Of a stretch of 64,000 nt of DNA, positions 1 to 11,650 are shown piece by piece. Origin of the DNA: Octopus sinensis (lineage: Eukaryota); contig NC_043002.1 of assembly GCF_006345805.1 (NCBI RefSeq), forward strand, positions 76,818,001 through 76,882,000, read 5' to 3'. Position 1 is the first letter of the stretch. Every line of letters starts with the position of its first letter. A program made the position numbers and the translations under genes. The notes under the pieces are model-generated. The model saw nothing but the letters and a program-made list of their open reading frames with translations. It did no database searches and was not told the DNA's origin.

Positions 1-379
1 AGGGGACTCACTGAGTGCTCTTGGGCTTTTACTTCTGTTTCAAATCTGGCCTCTACTGTACCATAAGTACAGCCCCTTGCTATATACTTTATGTCTTCCC
101 ATATGGGAGCCAGACATTTTTCAATTTTGCACTGCTCAAAGTGCTTAAATTTCTTTGTTGAAGGACACTATGTTTTGAAAACAACTGTCCTTCTTTTCAA
201 TTTTTCAACACGAGGTGAGGGTGATATTTCTATATCACCCACCTCTTCTTTCATTTTTCAAAAAGCTCGGAGAGCTTTCCTTTGGTAGTTCGATGTTTTC
301 AGTAGCCACCGCAGTAACTGCTGAAAATTTCTTAACTGGCTCTTCTAGTGAATTTTTCTGAAATTATTTCGACTGACAT
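1..379 (-). pseudogene. L1/Tx1-clade LINE ORF1, N-terminal fragment, disrupted and running off the window edge
   Basis: Manual minus-strand translation across frameshifts gives MSVEIIS..SLEEPVKKFSAV..EEVGDIEISPSPRVEKLKRRTVVFKT*CPSTKKFKHFEQCKIEKCLAPIWEDIKYIARGCTYGTVEARFETEVKAQEHS. This resembles Tx1-type ORF1 and lies next to Tx1 ORF2 sequence. Confidence 0.55.
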
Positions 380-1050
380 GTTCGTTCAGAATAAATTTAT
401 ACACAACTTAATCCCTGAAAACGGGAAACCTATAATTTTTACTTTTTTTTCCTCTCAACGAGGACAGCAGTTCAAATCCCACCCCCGCTGGGGGGCGAGA
501 CGTAACAACAAAGCCTGCAACGTTCGAAATTAAATTTTTCACACAATAATAAAAATACGGTATCCCAAAAAACGGGAAACCTATAATATTTTTTTCCCCT
601 CACAACGAGGATGACAACAGTTCAAATCTCACCCCACTAGGGGCGGGGTGCCACAATAGTGCCTACAACGGCTAAAATTAAAATTTTCACACAGTAATAA
701 ATTGATTATCTAAAAAAAACACACAAAAAACGGGAAACCTATAATATTTTTTTCCTCTTAATGAGGCTAACAGTTCAAATCCCATCCCCGCTTGGTGGAG
801 GCACTACAATAACGCCTACAACGGCTTTAACAAGTTCAATATTTCAACAATTCACAACTGCAAAAATGGCTTTACACAAACAATTACTTTCTCCCGTCAC
901 CGGGAAAAAGCACAAAAATTTCCAAAGTTTAAAAGTTCAACAATGTTCAACAGTTCGAAAATGTTCAACAATAAACAGTCAGGAATTCCAACAGAAAAAT
1001 TATCCAACGTTCAAGAAAACGTTTGACTCACCACCAAAGAAACACGTCTA
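380..1050 (-). mobile_element. L1/Tx1 5' UTR with three ~155-bp tandem monomers
   Basis: Anchor AACGGGAAACCTATAAT recurs at ~420, 571 and 729. ACAGTTCAAATC recurs at ~468, 618 and 769. The region lies directly upstream (minus strand) of the ORF1 fragment. Confidence 0.55.
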
Positions 1051-1074
1051 ACCATGAGACAGGTAAGCAAATTA

Positions 1075-2455
1075 CTTTATTTCGTCAAATTTGCCACGAT
1101 GACATTACAAAGAGGGGACGAACAAAGACAAACAAACATAAAAAGGTGAAGTAGCTGCTAATCGATTAAAAAACAGTCTCGGATGATAGGTGAATCCTGA
1201 AACAATATATATAGTTTCAAAATTTTTAAAAATTTTACGTTCATTGCGACTTGCAATGTATTACCTAAAGGCATCCTGCAACCTGGGTAGAACATTTACT
1301 TTTCATCTTGAATACACTTACTTGGTGCCAATCACACCCAACTTACTTTCCACAGGTTTCCATCTTTTAACAAATATATCCTGTAACAGACACTTCTTCT
1401 CCAGCCTGATCTTACTATTGAGGTGGTAACTAAAGAAGTTGACCAACCCCTGGCCAGAGACAAAGGTACCTGTCACTATGCCTTTCACACGCGTCTTCCA
1501 TACTGTTTCTTTCATATGGCTACTACGCAGGAAAAACAGGTCTTCCTTTCCCTGGTAAGGGAAGAAGGTGGCACGATCTTGATGATAGACTCAGCCGATA
1601 GCTGTACTCTTCCCATCATTGATATCAGTTGTTCGACGAAAGCTATCAGTCCCGATAATTCCAGACACTCCACGAATGCATGCAAGATGGTTTCCCTATC
1701 CTGCCCACATCTCGGGCATGTCAGCGAGACGGCACTTCCGTGCCTTGAAAGCTTGTCACGAACCGGTAACGCCGCACGGAAGCACTGCCAAGCTAGGGAT
1801 TTCTTGTAATTATTCAGATACCCCGGCCTGAACGTTTTCCTGAACAGGTTGATTAACTGATTTTCATCGTAGCCCAAGGTCTCCCCTAAGGCGTCTTTGG
1901 AATTGATTTCTACTAACCCACTATAAAAATCCGCGGTGGAACTCCAGCTGCCGGCATTGCCTGTACAAGAGAATAGCTGAAGTGCCTGACAATACTCCAA
2001 TTGCCAGTCCCCCAGCCTAGGTCTCTTCTTGATCCATGTACCAACGTCCATTTAGGACGTTAACTGCGGGATATAGAACCGGACGTGCGGTGACCACACC
2101 TGCTCTCCATCCAGGTAAAACCAGAGGTGCTTCGACCGTAACGTGAATTTTCGCATCCTCAGGCAAGGCATCCCTAACCCACTCTTTAGCGGCTTCTAGC
2201 AGCAGACAGAGCACTTTACAAGTGGCTTTCCTCCCTTCTACAAAAAGCGGATAAGGATTTTCTCCAACTTGTTCAACCACAAATCGGGGCAAGACACCAC
2301 GGTCAGACCGCTCTATCAGGACGTCTGGACCAATCTAAACTCTGAGGAGCTTAACAGGACCTTCCGTCCAACACCCCACAACGTTATTTGATGGCATCGG
2401 CTTGCTCCTCCAGGTGCCGAGTTGTAAACCGCCCGACTTGTCCTTGTTAACCTTT
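1075..2455 (-). mobile_element. L1/Tx1 LINE 3' fragment, 5'-truncated: post-RT region, zf-RVT domain and 3' UTR
   Basis: ORF 1512-2051 contains LAWQCFRAALPVRDKLSRHG..CPRCGQDRETILHAFVEC (zf-RVT). Upstream frames give ILIRFL*KGGKPLVK..KSGLGMP. ORF 1318-1515 continues the C-terminus. AATAAA on the minus strand at 1076-1081. Several stop codons. Confidence 0.9.
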
Positions 2456-2574
2456 GTTCATTTACAGCCATCACATGACATACACACACATCTATCCATC
2501 CATTGATCCATCCATCCGTGCATACGTACATACATACACATACATACACAGAAACACACACACACACACACACA

Positions 2575-2750
2575 CATGCATGTATACATATGATGAGCTT
2601 CTTTTAGTTTCTCTCTATCAAAATCTCTCACAAAGCTTTGGTTGACCCGGAGCTGTAGACAAAGACACTTATCGAACATGCAGTGGGACTGAACCTGGGA
2701 CCACATGGTTAAGAAGCAAACTTAACAACACAGCTATGTCTACAACTCCC
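2575..2750 (-). mobile_element. tRNA-derived SINE family A (octopus OK/OR-like), 5' half
   Basis: Diverged match to the head shared with the full copies at 42228 and 50160 (GGCTGTGTGGTAAG..GGTTCAGTCCCACTG). Confidence 0.7.
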
Positions 2751-4289
2751 ACCATTTTAATTTGGATTTTCAACAGTAACATATTCTTTCAGTGAAAGTG
2801 TTTTGATTTTTATCTAAAATTCTTGCATCATATGGAAAATAACTTTTAAAAATACAATAACAAAAAAGAAAAAAAAAAGAATTGTTGTTTATTGTTTTAT
2901 TATTATTTGATATAATTTCTTTCAGTGAAGTTGATTGTATTTCTAAGAAAGGTAGCACTGTTTTCTCACTACAAATATATTTAGTACACAGCACAGTTCT
3001 CTAATGGTTGGTTTACCTATTTTCTATTGTAATCATTATAGTGTATCTTCTTTATGGAATCTAAATAAAGCAAACCCTGATAAAATCCAGATAAAAGAAT
3101 TCAGTTATGATGCTGTATATATGTTCTATGTATATGTATGTATAAATAGATACATAATGAATTAATTGTATGTTGTTTGTAGAGGTGTGTACGTGCATAG
3201 CAATGCATAATAATTTCTTAGAAAAACATGTCTTCTTTCAACACCATGCCAGGTGGTATACATAAACATTTAAGCACACTTTTACAGGGGAAGAAAAATG
3301 TGAAATTGTGATGTTTGTACTTTTTCCAAGACAACCTAAGTGAAGCTTTTCAAACTGGAAATTGAAACCATGTTGTCGAGTTATTTGAAACTAATTAACA
3401 TAGGAGCTCCTTTCTGTAGAAGAGCATAGGCACGAAACACTAAAGACTTCTTCCATTTTACCTAAGTGTCAACACTTTTAGTTGTTCTTTCATCTTGTCT
3501 TTGTGTTTTCTTTATTTTTGGGCTTTATATATTATTTCTTTACTTGCTACAACTAGTAGCCATATCACCCTCAAATCACATCAAACCATTGTGAAAAGTA
3601 AAAAAAATGGATACCTGAGCGAATGCAGTGTTGAGTATAAAATAGCTGATTGACAGACATGGATGGAATGCTAGTTGTCACAGGTCTTTTTGTTCAGGAT
3701 TGATCAAGGGCTGAGTAACAACAGCCACCATGAACAACGTGACATTTTGGCATGTTCTATGGTTCTTCATAAATTGGGAGTTATCTCTGTCGTATGACTT
3801 TGTTAACTGCACATGAAAGCAACTGGCCACACTTATAAATGGTGGTCTGCTGCAATGCAAAGGAAGAAGTTTTCTTGCTATGATGTTTCCCATGGCGCAT
3901 AATAATTCCCGACACTTATACATTGTTGTCCATTCTGTTGTCCCTTTAATCTATGGACTATATTACCTGGATAACAGTCTAGTGGGTTATCTCTCTTTAA
4001 ACTGGATCCAGTCCTGACATACCAAAAATAAGACATTTGAAACAGGAGTGAATTACTGCTGCATTGTTACAGGGTTGTATATGTGTATTGACATATAAAT
4101 GTGTCACAGCAGAGAATTGGAAGTCATTAAAGTGTTAGATAGAATGTCTCATGGTATTTTCTCCAACTCTGTGCTCTAATCTTACAAAGGCCAACCATGT
4201 TTTTCATCCTTTCAAGATTGTCAAAAAAAAGGTACCAGTCCAGAGCAACAGAATTGGTAGAACTGCAAGAACATCAAACCTTACAGTGC

Positions 4290-4632
4290 TTGTTGTGACT
4301 CTTTGCAATATGAGTTCAAATCTCACTATGATCTACTTAGGTGCTAGACTTGTTATCTACTTTAACATTATCACCTACTGCCTTGGGTATCTTTCGTAGA
4401 GTCTACTCTGTTGCAAGTATTCAGGTCTGTGGTTTGAGGATGCCTTCCTCCCTCTCACCAGCTCTGAACCATAGGCACTGTTTTCTTTCCAAACTAAAAG
4501 ATAAAAAGAAAACAAATTACAAAATGTAATGCTTAAACTGTGTGTAGGAGAAAACATTTTGAGTATTTGTAGGAATCTAATTCTTTTCCTCCAAATAATA
4601 CATGGAAATTATGATCATAACCACGATAGCCA
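4290..4632 (+). repeat. Local direct duplication, copy 1 (old SINE-like body plus flank)
   Basis: Aligns by eye over ~345 bp with 5626-5983. Contains a B-box-like GAGTTCAAATC. Confidence 0.85.
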
Positions 4633-5372
4633 ACTTCATCAGCATTTAGCAGATATGTAAGAAAAAAAAAACGTTTTACTGAATCAAAAAGATTTATTTT
4701 TAAAATAGCTCTTTTAGTGAAAGGTCAAATCCATAATTCTTTCACACCTAAAGAACGATATAAAACATATGTAAAAAATTAGAAGCCTATTGATTTTCCT
4801 TTGAACTTTTAGAAGCTCCAGGAAGCAAGAAAGGTCAGGAAAACTTTTTTACTGAAGAAATATACTTTTAAGAAAAAGTGATTCCACTAAATGTAAAGTA
4901 TCCATTCAACCATAGAATGGAAACTAGCTTAAGCAAAGAAAACTTAGCCAATATACATGGTTGGTTGATCAATTGTGATATACACTATTGAGGAAAGACT
5001 TTCCATTAAAGTCACAAGATGATGAGGAATGAATCTAACCAGGTTCAGTCCTAGTTTGCTGCCAGTAACTATCAAATGGGGTTGAGGGTGGGGCTTGCCA
5101 CTTTGAGCTGGGAAATGAATGGAATGCCTGGTGTGTGTCTTGTTGTGGCTACCCCCACCCCTGCCACCCCAAAAAAATGGGAAATAAGCCTGGATATATA
5201 TATATATAACTATCAAACAGTGATATGCATGTAGACAGGCTTACTCTTAGTGGGATGCCTATCACTAATCTCTGATAATAAAACTGGGTTTGAAATTCTT
5301 CAATGGTTGCAAAGCTTAGTTATTTACATAGAATGAAATGTTCCATGGAGATAGGGATTGTTGATGTATATA

Positions 5373-5615
5373 CTCTTTTACTTGTTTCAGTCATTTAACT
5401 GCAGCCATGCTGGAGCACCGCCTTTAGTCGAGCAAATCGACTCCAGGACTTATTCTTTGTAAGCCTAGTACTTATTCTATCGGTCTCTTTTGCTGAACTG
5501 CTTAGTTACAGGGACGTAAACACACCAGCATCAGTTGTCAAGCGATGTTGGGGGGACAAACACAGACACACAAACGTATACACACACAAACACACACATA
5601 TATATATATACATAT
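5373..5615 (-). mobile_element. SINE family A, 3' half
   Basis: TTACTTGTTTCAGTCATTT..GCTGGAGCACCGCCTTTAGTCGAGC..ACAAACACAGACACAC tail motif. Confidence 0.9.
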
Positions 5616-5625
5616 ATTCACTAAT

Positions 5626-5983
5626 TTGTTGTGACTCTTTGCAATATGAGTTCAAATCCCACTATGGTCTACTTAGGTGCTAGACTTAATCTGTCATCTG
5701 CTTTAACACTATCACCTTACTGCCATGGGTACCTTTTGTAGAGTCTACTCTGTTGCAAGTATTCAGGTCTAAGGTTTGAGGCTACCTTCCTCTCTTCACC
5801 AGCTCTGTGGCTCTGTATAGTCATAGGCACTGTTTTCCTTCCAAACTAAAAGATAAAAAGAAAAAACATACAAAATGTAATGCTTAAACTGTGTGTAGGA
5901 GAAAACATTTTGAATATTTATAGTAATCTAATTCTTTTCCCCTACATAATACATGGAAATCATGATCATAACCATGATAGTCA
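5626..5983 (+). repeat. Local direct duplication, copy 2
   Basis: Matches 4290-4632. Flanked by TCACTAATTTG at 5618-5628 and 5981-5991. Confidence 0.85.
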
Positions 5984-6983
5984 CTAATTTGGTAGACAGA
6001 AATTGTCATATAAATGTATGTGTGTGCTTTCACTTGAGTCACCTTGTGTTGTGTTTTTCCTTCTTTTTTTAATTTTTACTGAGTCTGGAGGAAAGGCCAG
6101 TGCTCGTGGTCTTTGCAAGCCCTCAAAAACTGGTAAGACTGATGTTATTAACGCCCTGCTAAAACTGTTGTAGGAAAGACATGAGCAAGGAACTAGAATA
6201 CCTAGTCTAAAAACCAGGATCCACTTACCTGTTTCAAATCCAATATCTCTCATGAATTGGTGCACTATGTCTCTTTATGTCCATAACCTAATAGTTTGGC
6301 AAGTACAGATCAATAAAATTAAGTGTCTGTGTTAATTCCTTTGGCTCCATGTGGAGCACAAGGTGCCAAGAAAACATCTCCATCCATCTCTGTCTTTGAC
6401 TATGGATTGCAGTTGTCCCCCACATGTAATTGCCTGGCATAGCTTCTTCTTTTCAGATTTTACTACACTGCTTCATAACAGTGTCTGAGGCTTAACTCCC
6501 CTTACCAGGACCATTTTCATATGTTCTCTTGTTGGTGTTTCAAATGCAAGGTAGAAAATTGATAGTACAGAGATGCTAACCTTATGCCTATAACCCTCCT
6601 TTCTCAATTTTGCTTGGGACCAGCTTTGGTGGAGTTAATATAATTGCTAGGCTGGAATAACTATTGTGGTTAATATGATTGGCTTAGATTCTTGAAGGGC
6701 ATAGTCTAATGGACTGAAATCAATAAAAGAATAAATGAATAACAACATTGAGTGAAAGAAGAGTATGACTCAAACATGCTTCCCCTGTCAAATCATCTTC
6801 CTTAGAGTTGGCCTCAAGCACCAGACTATGTGGATCCCCCAAACTCCATTTGTAAGACTAGCTCAAGTTCGTCAACTTCTGCTGTTCCTTTGACCCAAAT
6901 ACCTGGGTGGTAATCGCCTAGGAGATCCCAAAGTGGCAGCATGTCATTGTCGAAAGAACAGACCTAATAGAAAATAACAGACA

Positions 6984-7221
6984 AAGGTGGCAAGCTAGCA
7001 GAAACGTTAGCATGCTGGGCGAAATGCTTAGCGGTATTTCGTCTGCCGCTACGTTCTGAGTTCAAATTCCGCCGAGGTCAACTTTGCTTTTCATCCTTTC
7101 GGGGTTGATAAATTAAGTGTCAGTCACGCACAGGGGTCGATGTAATCGACTTAATCCCTTTGTCTGTCCTTGTTTGTCCCCTCTATGTTTAGCCCCTTGT
7201 GGGCAATAAAGAAATAAGAAA
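6984..7221 (+). mobile_element. tRNA-derived SINE family B with a Meta-like central domain
   Basis: GCAGAAACGTTAGC..GAGTTCAAATTCCGCCGAGGTCAACTTTGCTTTTCATCCTTTCGGGGTTGATAAATTAAG, then an A-rich tail. Confidence 0.85.
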
Positions 7222-9129
7222 ATATCAGACACCGAGAGGCAGAAACCAGACATCAAAGACACAAAGAATGACTCACACTTCCTCGTACCCTACCAACCTT
7301 CCCTTGCAATAAATACCTCTAGCTCTTCTATACCACCCTTGGCCTAAACAGCCACCTCAGGGACTGACACTCTTTACACCCATCAAGATGAAGAGGCTCA
7401 ATCACTGGCTGCAGATCTGTAACTTGGATACAAGTTAATGTCAACGATGAACATTGAGCAAACATAAACAATATATTGGGTATGTGAGACACACAAAATG
7501 AGACTGGTAAAGAAAGACTAATGGCATTTAAGATCAAAAGAAAAGAAAGCCAACTAATATATATATGCACTATAGCAAACTTCTTAAATTTTTTATTGTT
7601 TATACGAAAGCTAAAATTATTTGTCAGGATAATTATAGCTGTCGTCTATGTACAAAAAATGACGAACGCAAAACTAAGCTTTGCTGTCATTTGAGAAGTT
7701 ACTTTTTTTTCAATATTTAACAGTATTAATTATAACTCTTAGAATTCCTAGCCTAAAGCTAGTAACTTTTATAGGATTATATCTCTTATTTATCTAATCC
7801 ATTTTAATCTCTTTGAAAGTCTGATTTATATTGTCACCTATTCACTTGATTGATGTATTGCCATACATATTTTCCTATCAAATTTTTAGCAGTTTAATGC
7901 CTTAGTGGAACAACAATTATAAACTGAATCAATACTTTCAGGGATTACAATGACAGTAGTTTGTGAAATGTAGAGCTCTAGACTAAATACTTGCCAGTAT
8001 TTAGTTTCATTCCATTATGTTTTAAGTTCAAAATCTTCCTGGAATTGACTTTATGTCCTTTGATTGTTCTTCATGTCCATTATCACAATTCAATGCCTAC
8101 TTTTCAATGCTTGCATTGGTCAGATGAAACTTGTTGAGGCAGATTTTCTACAGCTAGATGCCCTTCCTGTCATCAACCTTTACCTGTTTCCAAGCAAGGT
8201 AATATTTCCCATGGCGAGATGTGTTTTCCATGGAAGACTGGAAATGAACAGTACCACTTATATGAGTGATGCTTGTTTACAATCATCACATGATGTCAAG
8301 ACAAGTGTACATAGATGCACGTGCTTGCACATAAATGCACACATGACAGGCTTCTTCTAGTTTCCTTCTACCCAAATCCACTTACAAGGCTTTTTTTGGT
8401 CCTGGGTTATAATAGAAGTTACTTGCCCAAGGTGCTTCACAGTGGGACTGAACCTGAGTTGTTAATATAATAAACACTAGACATGTATTGGGGTTTCTTT
8501 AAATATTTTTTACTCCTCTCTCACGAAATTTAGGCTTTGTAGCAATACAAAAAAATCACTAAAGTAGAAACCACATAATGTAATCACTTTGGGATGGAAC
8601 ATTTAAAAATAACAATAACCACTTGATAACATTATGCAGAGGATATCACAGTGTCTGGAGTATCTCCTGTGTGTTTGGAGACTTACTAATTTTGATAATA
8701 GCATTTTGAAATTTATTATCCATGATAACAATAAGTGACTTCCACTGTATTTCTAGGGTCAAGGATGTGAACTTGATATTGGTCAGAGCTGGAATGGATG
8801 TGCTGAAGACTGATGATTTATGTTTGAGAGATGAAATCTTACTGTGACTAATTTTGCACTACATTCAATAAAACTAGCATCAATATGATATTGTTTGTAT
8901 GAAGAGTATTGGCAAATATCAGTAATTAAAAAGGGGTTTTCAAGCAGATTGGCTGTATGAAAAGAAACTTGCTTCCCGGCTACCTGGTTTCGGATTCAAT
9001 CCCACTGTGTGGTACCTTCAGCAAGTGTCTTCTACTATTGCTTCAGTCCAACCAAAGCCTTGTGAATGGATTTGGTAGATGGAAACTATAAGAATCCTGT
9101 TGTGTATATACATACATATACATATACTT

Positions 9130-9330
9130 CCAGTCACTTCAGCAATGTAATACACATGTGCTAACTGTGATTTCTTTTCCTTCTTTGGACTTCTCCCTAT
9201 CTCCTTTCCGACAAAGAGCTATGCGCCAAACATCAAACTCTTTCCTTTCGCCAGTGCCAAGCTAATACATTTCTCATACATGTCCTCATGTTGTCCATTT
9301 CTATTTCTTTATTTGAATTGACTATATATA
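9130..9330 (+). mobile_element. Penelope-like element terminus carrying a decayed hammerhead motif
   Basis: CCGACAA AGAGCTATGCGC CAAA CATC at 9208-9234 is a degenerate CTGACGA-AGAGC..GCTC-GAAA-CGTC, followed by a pyrimidine-rich tail and (TA)n. Confidence 0.45.
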
Positions 9331-9332
9331 CA

Positions 9333-10648
9333 TTAGGTCATTAAGAAAGGAATGTCTGATTTTGAACTGAAAGTTTATTTTACTTATCTCAATAAAAAGC
9401 TTATCTCAATTTTGCTTTATCTCAATAAAAAGCAATGCAGTTAATCAAAGTATGCACCTAGATTATCAACACAATTTTGCCATTTTATCAGAAGCTTATT
9501 TATTCCAGCAGTGAAGAATTCTGGGAAGCAAGAGATGATGAAATCATAAAAGGTTACTTTTGCATCTTCTTCAGATTTGAAGTTTTTTCCAAGCAAAAAG
9601 TTGTCTAATGCCTGGAAAATGTGACAGTCAGTTGGTGCAAGGTCTGGTGAATATGGCAGATGACAGAGTACTTCCAAGTTTAGTTCCTGGAATCTGAGTA
9701 GCATTCTTTGTGCACCATGTGGTCAAGCATTGTCTTGCAAGAGAATTGGCCTGTCTGTAGTGACCAATCTCAGTTGTTTAATTGCAAGTTCACTTATCAT
9801 TTCATCCAATTGGTTGATGTATACATCTGCTGTAATTGACTTACCAGTTCTCATAAAGCTGTAGTGGATGACACAAGCACTCGACTACCAAACAGACACC
9901 ATTAGCTTTTGTTGATAAATATTCTTTTCTAGATTGTGTTTTGGCACTTCATCTTTATCTAACCACCATGCAGAACACTTGCTATTGTTGAGAAAATCCA
10001 TTTTTCATCACACATAACAATACGATGCACAAATGGTTTGCTTTTATGCTGAGACAGCAAAGAACAGCAAGTTTCAAGATGATGTATCATTTGATGCTCG
10101 TTCAGTTCGTGTGGTACCCACTTGTCCAGCTTCTTTGCCTTGCTGATTTGTTTTGGATGATCCAATACAGTTGGAATTGAAACATCAAACCTTGCTGCTA
10201 ACTCATGCCTAGTTTAAGATGTATCTGCTTCCACTACAGTTTCTAGGTCATTATTATCCACCTTGGTCTCAGGCCAACCACGAGGCTGATTTTTAAGAGT
10301 AAAGTCTCCAGACAGGAACTTCTCAAACTATTGACGTACAGTGTGCTCATTCGCCACATCTTCACCAAACACCTCAATGGTATTTCAAGCTGTCTGAGAT
10401 GCATTGGTTCCATGATGGTACTCATATTCATAAACAACATGAATTTTTGATCTACCCATGGGTTTACAAAAATTGATTTACAAGAGAAAACTCACAATAT
10501 AATCAGACACCATGACTTTCATTTTGAAAAGTGATGATGTAACTCTTCCATGTTGTAAAACGAAGAATTGTTGGGATAAAACATTAGAGTTAATGACTGT
10601 CAAAATTGGTGCATATGAAAATCGGGCATTTCATTCTTAATGACCTGA
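9333..10648 (-). mobile_element. Full-length (1316 bp) decayed mariner DD34D transposon, Hsmar1/SETMAR-like
   Basis: Imperfect TIRs TTAGGTCATTAAGAAAGGAATGTCTGATTT and TCAGGTCATTAAGAATGAAATGCCCGATTT in a TA context. Transposase motifs KKLDKWVPHEL, RIVMCDEKW and HLPYSPDLAPTD..WQNCVDNLGAYFD. Frameshifted. Confidence 0.95.
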
Positions 10649-10686
10649 TATATATGTATATATATATATGCATACATACATACATG

Positions 10687-11080
10687 TGGAGGTGCATGGC
10701 TTAGTGGTTAGGGTGTCAGCATCATGATCGTAAGATTGTGGTTTCGATTCCTGGACCGGGTGACAGCTGGGGAACACATACACCATTGAAACTAGGAAAC
10801 TGGGCCCACGAGCCTGACTAGGCTTTAAAAGGGCACATTTATTTATTATTATTTTACATACATACATCTCTGTTTGTATCTGTGTTTGTCCCCCATCAAC
10901 ATTTGACAACTGATACTGGTGTGTTTATGTCCCCATAACTTAGTGGTTCAGCAAAAGAGACCGATAGGATAAGTACTGGGCTTAAAAAATAAAAAAAGTA
11001 CTGGGGTCAATTCATTTGACAAAAATTCTTCAAGGTGGTATTCCAGCATGGTTGCTGTCTAATGACTAGAACAAGTAAAA
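10687..11080 (+). mobile_element. Composite: tRNA-head SINE family E joined to a SINE A 3' half
   Basis: A-box TGGCTTAGTGG and B-box GGTTTCGATTCC, then the family A tail ending CAAGTAAAAGA. Confidence 0.75.
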
Positions 11081-11289
11081 GATAGAATATAAGGTTGAGT
11101 AAATTCCTTGTCTACTGAGACTGCAACTTGGTTTTGATCCCTTGACTTAGATACCCTGCTGAGTCACTCAGGTTCTTCAAAAACATGCAGAGGTTGCAAA
11201 ATCCCACCTCTTCTCTTTGATAACATTTTTACAGTTTAGTCAAGAGAAGGTAATATAGTGCTTGTAATAACTGCAAATTCTTTCAGATT

Positions 11290-11650
11290 AAAGAGGCTAT
11301 CTGGGTTCTGGGTTGTTCAACTTGAACATCAGTAAGTCAACATCTTTTGGGAAAAACATGGGTGGGATTGAATTCCAGAGTAGGAAGGATTTGAAAAAGG
11401 GATTTAGTATGAGCTCTTTGTCTGAGACAACAGTGTGGTGATAAAAAGCAGAAAGATGAATGAGTCTGATTAGAGTGGAATGCATCAAGTTACTTTAGAG
11501 TTGTAGTAGCAATATAATAGGCAGAGAGAATGCAATATGTCTTCAGTTAGGCATTGTGGTGTGTTGGTGAGCATGTATTTGCCAATAAGGCAGATGCCTT
11601 TCTTTTGCAGGTGGTCTCAGGTGTGTGTGTGTAGTGGTAGCACCACCATA
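11290..11650 (-). mobile_element. CR1/L2 LINE 3' end fragment
   Basis: Translation FFKSFLLWNSIPPMFFPKDVDLLMFKLNN matches the conserved WNSLP..VFP....FK C-terminal motif. Confidence 0.6.

Noticed and set aside
1055-1065. CTTACCTG (minus strand) resembling the U1 snRNA 5' end at the Tx1 junction
   Set aside because: Only 8 nt match; the downstream sequence does not follow U1.
3730-3816. 28-aa ORF with a perfect GCCACCATG Kozak context
   Set aside because: Too short, with no promoter, splice or homology support; expected by chance.
6984-7100. SINE heads as tRNA genes
   Set aside because: They have A/B boxes but no complete cloverleaf, and continue into SINE body and tail sequence.
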